Notes: generated by a model from the letters alone, not told the origin. A DNA stretch of 64,000 nt from an uncultured delta proteobacterium (GCA_963737265.1 CAVTRY010000016.1:160001-224000); one strand, 5' to 3'. Counted from the stretch's first letter, positions 1 to 9,554 are shown. Program-made: numbers and translations.

Positions 1-186
1 ACGCAGACCCTTACCGATATCCTCACCGCCACCCTGATAGACACATCCACGGCGGTCGACACCAGCACCGGCATTCTCACCCGAACGAGCACCGCGATCT
101 TGACCGACACCGGCGTGCTAACCGCGACCCAAGTGATCCCGCCTCCCGTCACGACCCCGATGGGGCCCGTGGTGGGAATCCAGTAG
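1..186 (+). CDS. 3' end of a Thr-rich protein (partial, runs off the window)
   Basis: Frame 1 is open from base 1 (TQTLTDILTATLIDTSTAVDTSTG...GPVVGIQ) to TAG at 184-186; convergent with the ECF ATPase gene. Confidence 0.5.
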   Translation, partial: TQTLTDILTATLIDTSTAVDTSTGILTRTSTAILTDTGVLTATQVIPPPVTTPMGPVVGIQ

Positions 187-195
187 CCGCGCTAG

Positions 196-945
196 CTAAT
201 GCGGATGGTGGTGGCGCAGGATGTGCGGCCGTTCCAGGCCGTGGGCGAGCATGAGCGGCTCGTCGTTCAGCACGTCCAGCGTCGGGCCGTCCGCGACAAC
301 GGCGCCACCATCCAGCACGATCACGCGCGTGCACAGCTCGACCACCCATTCGAGGTCGTGGGTCGCGATGAGCTTGGTTGCGGGGATGCCTTGCAAGAGG
401 GTCTTGAATTCACGGCGTCCGCGCGGATCGAGGCCGCTGGTGGGTTCGTCGAGCACGAGCACTGCCGGTTCGCAGGCCAGCACGCCGGCCAGGCACACGC
501 GCCGCTTTTCGCCGTGGCTCAGGTGGTGGGTGGCACGATGACCGTATCCCGAAAGGCCGACCAGCGCGAGCGCCCGCTCGACCCGCGCCGCAAGCTCGCG
601 ATCGCGCGGACCGAGCTGTCGCGGACCAAAAGCGACGTCTTCCTCGACGGTGGAGCAGAACAGCTGGTCGTCGGGATCTTGAAAAAGCAAACCGACCTGG
701 CGGCGGATCGAGTCGAGGTTCTCGGCCGTGATGGCCTCGCCCAAGATCCGCACGGCGCCGTCGGCGGTCGGCTTTTCGGGCAAGATACCATTGAGGTGCA
801 GAAGCAGGGTCGACTTGCCCGAACCGTTGGGACCAAGCAGGCCGACGCACTCGCCGGGTGGGATGCTGAAGCTCACACCGCGCAAAGCCAGAGTGCCGTC
901 GTGATAGCCGTAGCGCAGACGATCGATGCTAATGGCCGGGTTCAT
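196..945 (-). CDS. cbiO: Ni/Co ECF transporter ATPase (CbiO/NikO)
   Basis: Walker A GPNGSGKS, FQDPDDQLF, LSHGEKRR signature, LVLDEPT; start MNPAISID overlaps the cbiQ stop (ATGA); His-rich C-terminus HILRHHHPH. Confidence 0.93.
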   Translation of the reverse strand: MNPAISIDRLRYGYHDGTLALRGVSFSIPPGECVGLLGPNGSGKSTLLLHLNGILPEKPTADGAVRILGEAITAENLDSIRRQVGLLFQDPDDQLFCSTVEEDVAFGPRQLGPRDRELAARVERALALVGLSGYGHRATHHLSHGEKRRVCLAGVLACEPAVLVLDEPTSGLDPRGRREFKTLLQGIPATKLIATHDLEWVVELCTRVIVLDGGAVVADGPTLDVLNDEPLMLAHGLERPHILRHHHPH

Positions 946-1556
946 TTCCAACCTCGCGCGCACATGGCAGCGTAGATGCGCTCGGCGCGCTCGGATGCGC
1001 GCACGAACAGTTGTCCAACCAGGGTGCCGAGCGTGTGCCAGCGCAGGCGCCGCCGCGCAATCAAGGTGCGGCTCGCGCGCGCACGACGCATGCGTTCGGA
1101 TTCGTCGACCAGCACGAACAAATAGCGGTGCATGAGCGCAAGCGTGGTGATGAGCAAGGCCGGCACGCGCACGATTCTCAAGACGCCGAGAATCTGGCTG
1201 AACGACGTGGTGTTTGAAACCAGGACCACGGTGAAGAGACAAATCGCGCTGCGAGCCGCGAAGCCCAGCCACGATCCACGCAAAGCGGGTTGAAGGGCGT
1301 TCACCAGCAGCACGCCGAGCACGAACGGCGACAGCAGGGCCAGGCGCTTCAGCAGGAACAGCAGGGAGATTCGGCTGAAAAGCGCCGCCAAGGCCAACAA
1401 CGACGGCACGGCGATGAACCACCCGTGCCAGTGCCAAGGAACCAGCACCGTCCCCATGATGATAGCCAGCGCCACGCCCAGCTTCAAAGCCGCGGGCAAG
1501 CGGTGCGCGCGACTTGGGTGGTGCCCATGGTGATGACCGAGCCAGTCTTTCAGCAT
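942..1556 (-). CDS. cbiQ: ECF transporter T component (CbiQ/NikQ)
   Basis: MHRYLFVL..E..RM.RARASR and RASERAERIYAAMCARGW motifs; start MLKDWLGHHHGHH. Confidence 0.9.
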   Translation of the reverse strand: MLKDWLGHHHGHHPSRAHRLPAALKLGVALAIIMGTVLVPWHWHGWFIAVPSLLALAALFSRISLLFLLKRLALLSPFVLGVLLVNALQPALRGSWLGFAARSAICLFTVVLVSNTTSFSQILGVLRIVRVPALLITTLALMHRYLFVLVDESERMRRARASRTLIARRRLRWHTLGTLVGQLFVRASERAERIYAAMCARGWK

Positions 1557-2521
1557 GTCGGATCCTTGCACGATCCCGCGACTGTCTTGCGGACCAGCAC
1601 GTGTCCGAGCAAGACGGCAAGGCCAAAGACCACCACCGTGCCAAGCGCACCCGCGAGCGCTGTCGCCCCGGCCGCCGAATGAATGCCTGTCATTCGATAG
1701 TCGGGCGCCACGCCGTGGAACGCGGTGCCGGCACTTCGTTGGTCGAAGCCCAGCCTGGCCGCCACGACTTCCAACCCGTCGGGCAGCGGGCAGGCAAAGG
1801 GGGCCACGAAGACCGCAATCGCCAGCGCCACGAGCAGGCCATACCCGAGAAGCTCGCCGCGGCGCCCCGGCACCGCCTGATTGTCCGATTTCGCCAATTC
1901 CGGAATCAGGTCGGGTCGCGTGCGCTGGATGGCAAGATAAGCCAGCGCGCTGATCGTGCCTTCGCCGATGCCGATAAGCATGTGCGTGCCCGTCATCATG
2001 GTGAAGCCTGCCGACCAGGAAACGGTATGCGACCAGGCAAGCTCGCCCGCGCAGCCGACGGACGCCAGCACCGTCGAGCACCAGCCGGCGAACGCAATCG
2101 CCGTGACCCGTCCGCGCGCACCCTTCATGCGCCTGGCGACCAGGCTGAAGACCAGAAAGCCGCCGCCCGCTCCCAAGATTCCCATGTTGAGCACATTGGC
2201 GCCCAGGGCGGAGACGCCGCCGTCGGCGAACAAGAAGCATTGAACGATAAGAACGGTCGTCAGGACCACGACAGCGGCGCTCGGCCCGAGCAGGGTCGCC
2301 ACCAGCACGCCGCCCATCAGGTGCCCCGACGTTCCGCCGGCCACCGGAAAATTCACCATCTGCGCGGCGAACAGGAACGCCGCGGCTAGCCCCAGCAGCG
2401 GCATGCGCCGGGCCGGTAAATCCCGTCGGACTTGTCGCAAAGCTAGTCCGACCCCAGCCACGGAGATCGCCGCGGCCGTCAGTGCGGTCTTTCCATCGAT
2501 AAATCCGTCGGGAATGTGCAT
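1550..2521 (-). CDS. cbiM: Ni/Co ECF S component fused to a PDGLE domain (NikMN/CbiM type)
   Basis: N-terminal MHIPDGF metal-binding motif, GGTSGHLMGG, FADGG, C-terminal PDGLE motif. Confidence 0.93.
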   Translation of the reverse strand: MHIPDGFIDGKTALTAAAISVAGVGLALRQVRRDLPARRMPLLGLAAAFLFAAQMVNFPVAGGTSGHLMGGVLVATLLGPSAAVVVLTTVLIVQCFLFADGGVSALGANVLNMGILGAGGGFLVFSLVARRMKGARGRVTAIAFAGWCSTVLASVGCAGELAWSHTVSWSAGFTMMTGTHMLIGIGEGTISALAYLAIQRTRPDLIPELAKSDNQAVPGRRGELLGYGLLVALAIAVFVAPFACPLPDGLEVVAARLGFDQRSAGTAFHGVAPDYRMTGIHSAAGATALAGALGTVVVFGLAVLLGHVLVRKTVAGSCKDPTC

Positions 2522-2546
2522 GAGCTCGCGTGTCCCAGCCCAACTA

Positions 2547-2574
2547 ATAGCACGTATTTGCCAAACCGTGCCAC
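2547..2574. promoter_or_regulatory. Putative NikR operator 1
   Basis: 28-bp imperfect palindrome ATAGCAC-N14-GTGCCAC upstream of cbiM; nikR lies in the same cluster. Confidence 0.7.
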
Positions 2575-2600
2575 CATCCTAAAACGCAAAACAGAATTTC

Positions 2601-2628
2601 GTGGCACCTAATTTACCTTTCGTGCTAC
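2601..2628. promoter_or_regulatory. Putative NikR operator 2
   Basis: 28-bp imperfect palindrome GTGGCAC-N14-GTGCTAC with an AT-rich spacer, upstream of the exbB/D-receptor-tonB unit. Confidence 0.7.
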
Positions 2629-2647
2629 TACGGAAAACAAAAGCATC

Positions 2648-2838
2648 ATGCACATCACCCAACACATTCTTGCGTTTACGTTGTTTGTGACCTGCAGGCC
2701 GTCATCGCCGCGGACAAGGTGGTTCCGCACGACAGCGTGGTCCACGTCATCGATCTGGTAAAGCGCGCTGGTGTACGCAAGTTCGCCATCAACGCGGATA
2801 GCGCAGCCTCGCCCGCCCCGCCCGCGGGAAAACCCTGA
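2648..2838 (+). pseudogene. Deleted exbB'-'exbD remnant
   Basis: ATG 2648 gives MHITQHILAFTLF (resembles myxobacterial ExbB/TolQ N-termini). From ~2689, in another frame, DLQAVIAADKVVPHDSVVHVIDLVKRAGVRKFAI...GKP* matches the ExbD/TolR periplasmic C-terminal domain and has no start codon or TM helix. Confidence 0.7.
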
Positions 2839-2903
2839 GGCCGCGCGGCATCTATTTTTGCCGTCGTGTTACCCGGATTCCCGTGGTTGAAGGAGAAGAA
2901 GAG

Positions 2904-5111
2904 ATGCGGACAAATTCGAAGCGTCGTGGCAGCCGGCTCCCGCGCGAATGCGTGGCATTCGTGGTGGCGATGATCGCCCTGACCGTAGGTCCGCCCCTGT
3001 GGGCGCAAGCCGGCGGCCAAGTTGACGCCGAGGCGCCGCCGACCGATGCGGTGATCATCGAAGCCGGAATCGCGAACTCACAGCCCCCTGCCCTGCCCGC
3101 CGAAGCCACCAGCGCTGCCGTGACCAGCACCCCCACCGAGATGCCCGAGGTCGTGGTGCATGGCCGCGCGGAAGATATTCTCGGAGTCGCGGTTGGCGCG
3201 TCGGCGGGTGCCATCGGCGAGGAGGATCTCAAGGATCTGCCGCTGCTTCGCCGCGGCGAAATCATGGAAACCGTGCCTGGCCTGGTGGTCACGCAGCACT
3301 CCGGCGACGGCAAGGCCAACCAGTACTTCCTGCGCGGGTTCAACCTGGACCATGGAACCGACTTTGCCTTTTCGGTGGACGACGTGCCGGTGAATCTGCC
3401 CTCGCATGCACATGGTCAGGGATATTCCGACCTCAACTTTATGATTCCCGAGTTGGTGAATTTCATCGAATACAGCAAGGGCCCGTTCTATTCGCAAATC
3501 GGAGATTTCTCCGGCTCGGGCGCGGCCAATGTTCATCTCGTAAACAGCCTTCCGCAAGGCACCCTCAACCTCCAGGGCGGCATGTTCGGCTTCGTGCGCG
3601 GCTTGGTGGCGGCCTCGCCGACCGTCGGACCAGGAACCTTGCTCTACGCCCTCGAATACAACCACTACGACGGACCGTGGGTCGTACCGGAAGGTTCCAA
3701 TCGCTTCAATGGATTTCTGCGCTATCACTGGAGCAATCCACAAGACCAGTACACCTTCAGCGCCAGTTTGTACGCGGCCCCGGACTGGCATGCCACGGAT
3801 CACGTCGCGCTGCGGGCGATTGATGATGGCCTCATCACCCGCTTTGGCGCGCTCGATCCTTCCGATGGCGGCAACACGGGCCGTGGCGCCCTGACGTTCA
3901 ATTGGACGCGAAAACACGACGATGGCCAGACCACTCTAACAATGTACGGTTTCTATTACAGACTGAATCTGTGGTCCAATTTCACCTACTATCTGTACGA
4001 TCAGACGAACGGCGATCAATTCGAGCAGATCGACCGCCGCTATGTCGCCGGCGCCAATCTGAAGCGAACTTGGAACCAGACATGGTTCGGCAGGGATGTC
4101 GAGAACATTGTCGGCGTGCAAATTCGCAACGACTACCTTCCGCTCTCGGGCCTCGACCATACCCACCAACGACAGGTGATCGGGGTGTATATCGACGACC
4201 GAATCGAGGAATTCACCACCGGCGCGTACGGCAACAATCAGATACAGTGGACCGACTGGTTCAGAACCAATATCGGCCTTCGTGCGGACGTATTCTCAGT
4301 CGACGTCACCAGCAACGATCCCGCCAATTCCGGCGGCAAGACCGACGCCATCGTAAGTCCCAAGGCGAGCTTGATCTTTGGACCATGGCAGAAGACCGAA
4401 TTCTATTTCAACCTCGGCTCGGGTTTTCACAGCAACGACGCGCGCGGCGTGGTTGCTACGGTCGCCGCCTCGGACGGGCTGTCTCCCGTGACGAGAGCGC
4501 CGCTCCTCGTCCGCACCAAGGGCGCCGAGGTCGGAACCCGAACGTCCATCCTGCCAGGTCTGGTCAGCACGCTTTCGTTCTGGTACCTGCAGTCGGATTT
4601 GGAGCAGACGTTTTCTGGCGACGCCGGGGACACCGAGACCAGCTACGCAAGCCGCAAGTACGGCGTGGAGTGGACGAATTTCTACAAGCCAACATCTTGG
4701 CTCACCCTCGTGGCCGACGTTGCGCTCACGCACGCTCGTTATGTCAACGATCCCGATGGTGCGTACATTCCCAATTCCATCCCGATCGTGGTATCGGGCA
4801 TCGCGACCGTTGAGTCACCGATGGGGATCTTCGCCAGCGCGCGCCTGCGCTATTTCGGCTCGCAGCCGCTCATCGAGGACAACAGCGTACGCGAACCGGA
4901 TTCGCTCATCATCGATGCCAAGCTCGGCTATCGTCACGGTCGCTACGAGATCGCCGCCGACGTGCTCAACCTGCTAGATTCGAAGTCGGATGATATTGCC
5001 TACTACTACACATCTCGCTTGCCGGGCGACCCGACTGACGGCGTGCCCGGGATCCACGTTCACCCAGTCGAACCCTTCGAGGTGCGGGCGGGCGTGACGG
5101 TCCACTATTGA
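2904..5111 (+). CDS. TonB-dependent receptor (probably Ni/Co)
   Basis: TonB box EVVVHG, plug ETVPGLVVTQHSGDGKANQYFLRGFNLDHGTDF, C-terminal NLLD...HPVEP..VRAGVTVHY; AGGAG RBS before ATG 2904. Confidence 0.92.
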   Translation: MRTNSKRRGSRLPRECVAFVVAMIALTVGPPLWAQAGGQVDAEAPPTDAVIIEAGIANSQPPALPAEATSAAVTSTPTEMPEVVVHGRAEDILGVAVGASAGAIGEEDLKDLPLLRRGEIMETVPGLVVTQHSGDGKANQYFLRGFNLDHGTDFAFSVDDVPVNLPSHAHGQGYSDLNFMIPELVNFIEYSKGPFYSQIGDFSGSGAANVHLVNSLPQGTLNLQGGMFGFVRGLVAASPTVGPGTLLYALEYNHYDGPWVVPEGSNRFNGFLRYHWSNPQDQYTFSASLYAAPDWHATDHVALRAIDDGLITRFGALDPSDGGNTGRGALTFNWTRKHDDGQTTLTMYGFYYRLNLWSNFTYYLYDQTNGDQFEQIDRRYVAGANLKRTWNQTWFGRDVENIVGVQIRNDYLPLSGLDHTHQRQVIGVYIDDRIEEFTTGAYGNNQIQWTDWFRTNIGLRADVFSVDVTSNDPANSGGKTDAIVSPKASLIFGPWQKTEFYFNLGSGFHSNDARGVVATVAASDGLSPVTRAPLLVRTKGAEVGTRTSILPGLVSTLSFWYLQSDLEQTFSGDAGDTETSYASRKYGVEWTNFYKPTSWLTLVADVALTHARYVNDPDGAYIPNSIPIVVSGIATVESPMGIFASARLRYFGSQPLIEDNSVREPDSLIIDAKLGYRHGRYEIAADVLNLLDSKSDDIAYYYTSRLPGDPTDGVPGIHVHPVEPFEVRAGVTVHY

Positions 5112-5121
5112 CGCGTGACCG

Positions 5122-5862
5122 ATGCCTGGCGTAAGCGCTGCCTTTGCCGTACGTAGACGAAACGCCGTCGGCCTCGCTACATCCGCGATTTGCCATGCCC
5201 TGATATTCGGGCTGGGCGCGCTCCTGCTGGCCGGCCCTATAGGCAAAACAGCCACCGCGGAAAGTGTCGTGGTGGATCTTGTGGAAGCCAAGCCGGACCC
5301 GATCCGCGACATCGCGCCCGCGACTCGGGACGAGCGGCCGGCTCCCGCCGCGACTGTGGCGCCCAAAACATCCGTCGCACGGATGCATCCCAAGGCCCAG
5401 GCGCGACCGAAAAACGCAGTGCCCGAGATGACGGTCAGTCCGTCGACCGAAGTAGCGACCGCTGGCGACGTCGCGCTTCCCGTTGCCGCCAAACCAGCGT
5501 CACGCAAGGACGAGATCGTCCCGAGCTCCGGTTTGCCGAGCGCCGCCGCGACGCCAGCCCGCCCCGGCCTTGGGCCAATCACCGTCCTCGCGACTCCTCG
5601 TTACCGCAGCAATCCCCGCCCCGAATACCCCATCCCCTCCCGGCGCAGACACGAAGAGGGCGAAGTGCGATTGATCGTCACCGTCAGCTCTGACGGCCAG
5701 CCGCTGCAGGTTTCGTTATTGAAGGGCAGCGGCCACCCGTTGCTGGACCAGGCCGCCATCGCCGCCGTCCGCGGCTGGAGCTTCGAGCCGGGGCGCGCGG
5801 CCGGGGTGCCCGTCACAAGTCAAGTGGTGGTGCCGATTCGCTGGGCGTTGTCCCAAGACTAG
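5122..5862 (+). CDS. tonB: TonB energy transducer
   Basis: N-terminal TM with S-xxx-H (SAICH), Pro/Ala-rich linker, PEYP..RRRHEEGEV...SGHPLLDQAA..AV..W.F.PG. Confidence 0.9.
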   Translation: MPGVSAAFAVRRRNAVGLATSAICHALIFGLGALLLAGPIGKTATAESVVVDLVEAKPDPIRDIAPATRDERPAPAATVAPKTSVARMHPKAQARPKNAVPEMTVSPSTEVATAGDVALPVAAKPASRKDEIVPSSGLPSAAATPARPGLGPITVLATPRYRSNPRPEYPIPSRRRHEEGEVRLIVTVSSDGQPLQVSLLKGSGHPLLDQAAIAAVRGWSFEPGRAAGVPVTSQVVVPIRWALSQD

Positions 5863-5865
5863 CGG

Positions 5866-6360
5866 CTAGGTCTTGGTCCGCTTCCCCATGCGAGAATCCA
5901 GGTACCAGATGCCGCCGCCCTGGTCGCCGACTGCTTTGAGGTGGGCTAGGGTCTCGCTCACCCTTGCCTCCTCTTCCACCTGCTCGGTGACGTACCACTG
6001 AAGAGCGATCTCGCTGGCGTGATCCGTCTCGGCACGGGCCTGGGCGAACAACGAGTTGATTCGCAGGGTGATCCCCTTCTCATGCTCCAAAACCTTCTCG
6101 AAGACCTGGATGATGCCGCCGAAACCGGCGGGAGGCGCGGAAATCGGTTTCAGATCCAACGTGCCCTGCCGGCTGAGCAGGAATGAGACGAGACGCATGG
6201 CATGGGCCGTTTCTTCCTCGGCCTGGATTCTGAGCCAGTGCGCAAATCCCATGAAGCTCTTCGACTCGCAGTGCGCACTCATGGCGAGGTAGAGTTGTGC
6301 CGAGTACTGTTCTAGGTTGATCTGGGTGTTGAGTGCTTCCTGCATCGTCGAGCTAATCAT
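5866..6360 (-). CDS. ftnA: Non-heme ferritin
   Basis: LNTQINLE.YSA.LYLAMS, QAEEETAHAM, HEKGIT, LQWYVTEQVEEE ferroxidase motifs. Confidence 0.93.
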   Translation of the reverse strand: MISSTMQEALNTQINLEQYSAQLYLAMSAHCESKSFMGFAHWLRIQAEEETAHAMRLVSFLLSRQGTLDLKPISAPPAGFGGIIQVFEKVLEHEKGITLRINSLFAQARAETDHASEIALQWYVTEQVEEEARVSETLAHLKAVGDQGGGIWYLDSRMGKRTKT

Positions 6361-6544
6361 GGGCCTCCCTCGAAGTTCAAAAAACATGCCGGTAAGTACC
6401 GCGATCTCCCTGATAGATGCGAGATTCGGTCGAACGTTACGTTCCGCGCATTCCGAATATCGGGGTTGCCGCAAAGAAGGCGCTGCCGAACATTTGGGGC
6501 GACGACCGCTTGACCTCGGTGCCACTGCATGCATACTCCTCATA

Positions 6545-6559
6545 TGCGACTTAGTCGCA
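6545..6559. promoter_or_regulatory. Putative Fur-family box
   Basis: Perfect 7-1-7 palindrome TGCGACT-T-AGTCGCA in the divergent ftn/fur intergenic region. Confidence 0.65.
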
Positions 6560-6588
6560 ATAATGTTGGCACGCAAGCGGCTCTCGCA

Positions 6589-7035
6589 ATGCAATCGGTC
6601 GAAAGATTCCGAACCTTCCTCCGTGGAAAATCTCTCCGGGCGACCACGGTTCGCGAGGCCATCGTCAGGGCGGTGGTGACCCGCGAGGGTCATTTTCACA
6701 TCGACGAGCTGGTGCGGGACCTGCGCGTTCGGGGAGTTAACGCCTCCCGGGCAACGGTCTATCGAGTGCTGCCGCTTTTGGTCGAGGCTGGCTTGATTCA
6801 ACCGACGATTCTCTCGGGAAATGGGCACTACTATGAAACAGCGGTCGGCCACGAGCACCACGATCATCTGGTCTGCTCCGAATGCGACAAGGTGGTGGAG
6901 TTCCAGTTCGAGGCGTTCGAGATCCTGCAGCGCGAGGTTGCCGCCAAGTACGGCTTCGAGCTGACCAGTCACGTTCATGAGCTCATCGGAATCTGTCCGG
7001 ATTGCCGGCGACTTCGACAGACCCCGAGATCCTAG
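6589..7035 (+). CDS. fur: Fur family transcriptional regulator
   Basis: SRATVYRVL helix, HEHHDHLVCSECDKVVEF, C-terminal GICPDC. Confidence 0.93.
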   Translation: MQSVERFRTFLRGKSLRATTVREAIVRAVVTREGHFHIDELVRDLRVRGVNASRATVYRVLPLLVEAGLIQPTILSGNGHYYETAVGHEHHDHLVCSECDKVVEFQFEAFEILQREVAAKYGFELTSHVHELIGICPDCRRLRQTPRS

Positions 7036-7080
7036 ACGTTCGATGTTTGTTTCTTAGGCCGATCATTTTCTCCCGCTAAT

Positions 7081-7095
7081 TGCGATACGATCTCA
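7081..7095. promoter_or_regulatory. Second putative Fur-family box
   Basis: TGCGATA-C-GATCTCA in AT-rich flanks just upstream of the porin; similar TGCGA-N5-TC(G/T)CA layout to 6545-6559. Confidence 0.55.
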
Positions 7096-7129
7096 TTATT
7101 GACCCAGACGCGCAGAAACGGTTCACCAT

Positions 7130-8437
7130 GTGAAACAGCAGGAGCTCACCGTGCGAATAGGAGTAACTCGAAAGATCGAGGTTCGGCCGGCGGTCGCGCT
7201 TGCGATCATAGCGATAGCTGGATGGTCTCGCCCAGCTGTTGCGTCCGACCAGCAGACAGTGGAAGTCCGTGCTTCCGGGCCCGCGCAGCCGCTAGGAGCT
7301 GCCGGCCACGAGGAAATGCCACCGGAGACCGAGCTTCCGCGCGAAAGCGCGGTGGAGAATCCATTGGGCCGCGCCCCGGCCATCTCGGGAAGTGCCTTCG
7401 GAGGCTACGGCGAGCTGACACTGAACGTACCCAGCAACGGCCCGGGCGTGGTGGACCTGCGGCGCCTGGTGCTCTTTTTCGGCCACAATTTCACGGACAG
7501 GATCCGCTTCTACTCGGAATTCGAGGTGGAGCACGCGGTGGCGTCGTCCACCGACCAAGGCGAAGCCGAGGTGGAGCAAGCCTATCTGGACGGGCTGCTT
7601 TCCCCACACGTCAACCTGCGCGGCGGGCTCATTCTCATGCCGATGGGTATCGTCAACGTGTACCACGAGCCACCCAGCTTCAATGGCGTCGATCGGCCGG
7701 ACGTCGATCAGTTCGTCATTCCGAGCACGTGGCGCGAGCCGGGCGTGGGGATCTTCGGCGAAATCGCCGAGGGCCTGCGCTACCAGCTCTATTTCGTCAA
7801 CGGATTCAACGCGAACAATTTCACGGCCGAGTCCGCCATTCGCGAAGGACACCAGGAAGCGCAGCTCGCCCACGCCGGCGATTTCGGTGCCATCGCGCGA
7901 GTCGACTACGAGCCACGTCTCGGCACCGTGGTCGGCGCATCCGCGTACGGCGCAACCTCCGGGAACACCTTGACGTCCACTGTCGGGCATGTGCCGGTGG
8001 GTTTGTTCGATATCGACGCTCGCTTTCACAAGAACGGCTTTGCCGCGCGGGCGGAGGTTGCGCTCCTTCTTATTGGCGACACCGAAAAGCTCGATCAGGC
8101 TCTTGCAGTGGGCACGCTGGATCAGCAAGCGGCGGGGCCCGTCGCATCCCAATCGCGCGGTGGTTATGTCGAGATCAGCTACGACGTTTTGCGGATCTTG
8201 GCGCCCAGCACGGATCACGCCCTGAACGTCTTCACGCGCTTCGATTACGCGGATACGCAGGCCAGGATGCCATCAGGATTTGCGCCGCGCCTGGAATTTC
8301 GGCGCTATTCGCAAATTGGTGGAATCGTCTACAAGCCGATTCCGCAAATCGCCCTGAAGATGGACTACAGACGCTATTGGCTGGGCGATAACGTCGCCTT
8401 CAACGAATTCGCCTCGGCCATCACCTGGCTCTTCTGA
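7130..8437 (+). CDS. Outer-membrane porin (OprO/OprP-like)
   Basis: GGYGE, RFYSEFEVEHA, EVEQAYLD, HEPPSFNGVDRP, IPSTWREPG motifs; terminal aromatic residue (ITWLF); start codon uncertain. Confidence 0.8.
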   Translation: MKQQELTVRIGVTRKIEVRPAVALAIIAIAGWSRPAVASDQQTVEVRASGPAQPLGAAGHEEMPPETELPRESAVENPLGRAPAISGSAFGGYGELTLNVPSNGPGVVDLRRLVLFFGHNFTDRIRFYSEFEVEHAVASSTDQGEAEVEQAYLDGLLSPHVNLRGGLILMPMGIVNVYHEPPSFNGVDRPDVDQFVIPSTWREPGVGIFGEIAEGLRYQLYFVNGFNANNFTAESAIREGHQEAQLAHAGDFGAIARVDYEPRLGTVVGASAYGATSGNTLTSTVGHVPVGLFDIDARFHKNGFAARAEVALLLIGDTEKLDQALAVGTLDQQAAGPVASQSRGGYVEISYDVLRILAPSTDHALNVFTRFDYADTQARMPSGFAPRLEFRRYSQIGGIVYKPIPQIALKMDYRRYWLGDNVAFNEFASAITWLF

Positions 8438-8457
8438 TTTCGAAAGAGGAAACCACG

Positions 8458-8991
8458 ATGCAGGCATTCGCTCGACGAGGATTTCAACTTCGCACCGCTT
8501 CTCTTGAGACCAGAGTCGCATACACCGGCTTTCTGCTCCTCATGCTTCCGGGCGTGGCGACCCTCATCGCCCTGTCCGTCGGCCGCATGGGACTCGATGC
8601 TCGCGCCATCGCGGCGTACTACCGAGGCGGGGACAGCGAGATGAGCTTTCCAAAAACCTTCTGGCAGCTGACAGAGGTGAGCCACTTTCACCTTTTTACG
8701 GTTCCGGTCGTCGTGCTCATTCTTTCCCACCTTCTCTACGGGACGCCCGCGTCCGCTCGGCTGCGCCTCTGGCTGACGTCGGTCACATTTTCGGGCGCGC
8801 TTCTCTCTGCGGTCGGGCCGTGGGCGATTCGCTACCTAGCCGCGGGTTGCGCCTACCTATTGATGATTGGCTGGACTCTCCTAGCGACCGGAATTGTTCT
8901 GATGGTCGCGCTGACGCTGGCTGCGATGTGGGGACCCAAACCGCGGGGGGAGCGCATCGCTTCGCCTCCTCGTCCGGATGGAGAAGACTGA
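8458..8991 (+). CDS. Four-TM membrane protein with His residues (possible heme-b protein)
   Basis: About four hydrophobic segments; LTEVSHFHLF and LSHLL motifs; GAGG RBS; lies between the porin and the FMN-binding gene. Confidence 0.7.
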   Translation: MQAFARRGFQLRTASLETRVAYTGFLLLMLPGVATLIALSVGRMGLDARAIAAYYRGGDSEMSFPKTFWQLTEVSHFHLFTVPVVVLILSHLLYGTPASARLRLWLTSVTFSGALLSAVGPWAIRYLAAGCAYLLMIGWTLLATGIVLMVALTLAAMWGPKPRGERIASPPRPDGED

Positions 8992-8993
8992 CC

Positions 8994-9554
8994 ATGCGAC
9001 GCTCGCTCCTCGCCGTTCCTGCAATCGTCATGATTGTGCCTGCGCCGGTTCGCGGGGCTCAGACGTACTTGCGTGAAGAGGATGCAGCCCGCGCCATGTT
9101 CCCGCAGAGCACTTCGTCCGCGCGAAAAGCTCTCGACCTCTCCGACGGGGATGTGGCGGCACTTTCAAAGTCCCTCGGTCGGCGCGTGGCGACCCGCCGC
9201 TACGCCTACCTGGAGGTGGAATCCGCCAAAGGAATAGCTGGGGTGGTTCTTTTCTTGGATGTCATCGGCGAAAGCCAGCCCATCACGTTCGCCGTCGGTG
9301 TGACCGCGGACGGGGCGTTGCAGGACATCCAGGTGATGGTCTATCGCGAACCGCAAGGCGAGGCGATTCAGGAGAAGCGATTTCGCAAACAGTTCGTGGG
9401 CAAGCGTGCGAAGGATCCAATTACGCTGGACAAGGACATCGACGCCATCAGCGGGGCGACCATCTCATCTCGTTCGGCAACCTTCGCGGCTCGCAAGGGA
9501 CTGCTGCTCGCCGAGGTGCTGCGCCGCCGCGTGCCCGCGAGCGGCAAGCCATGA
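8994..9554 (+). CDS. Exported FMN-binding (flavinylated) protein
   Basis: Signal peptide MRRSLLAV...VRG-A; YREPQGEAI; flavinylation motif IDAISGATISS. Confidence 0.88.
   Translation: MRRSLLAVPAIVMIVPAPVRGAQTYLREEDAARAMFPQSTSSARKALDLSDGDVAALSKSLGRRVATRRYAYLEVESAKGIAGVVLFLDVIGESQPITFAVGVTADGALQDIQVMVYREPQGEAIQEKRFRKQFVGKRAKDPITLDKDIDAISGATISSRSATFAARKGLLLAEVLRRRVPASGKP

Noticed and set aside
2522-2647. Cobalamin or NiCo riboswitch upstream of cbiM
   Set aside because: The intergenic region is only ~125 bp, AT-rich, has no B12 box and is explained by the two operators
6432-6444. Palindrome GAACGT-T-ACGTTC upstream of ferritin as a LexA box
   Set aside because: Spacing is GAAC-N5-GTTC rather than N4, there is a single copy and no SOS context
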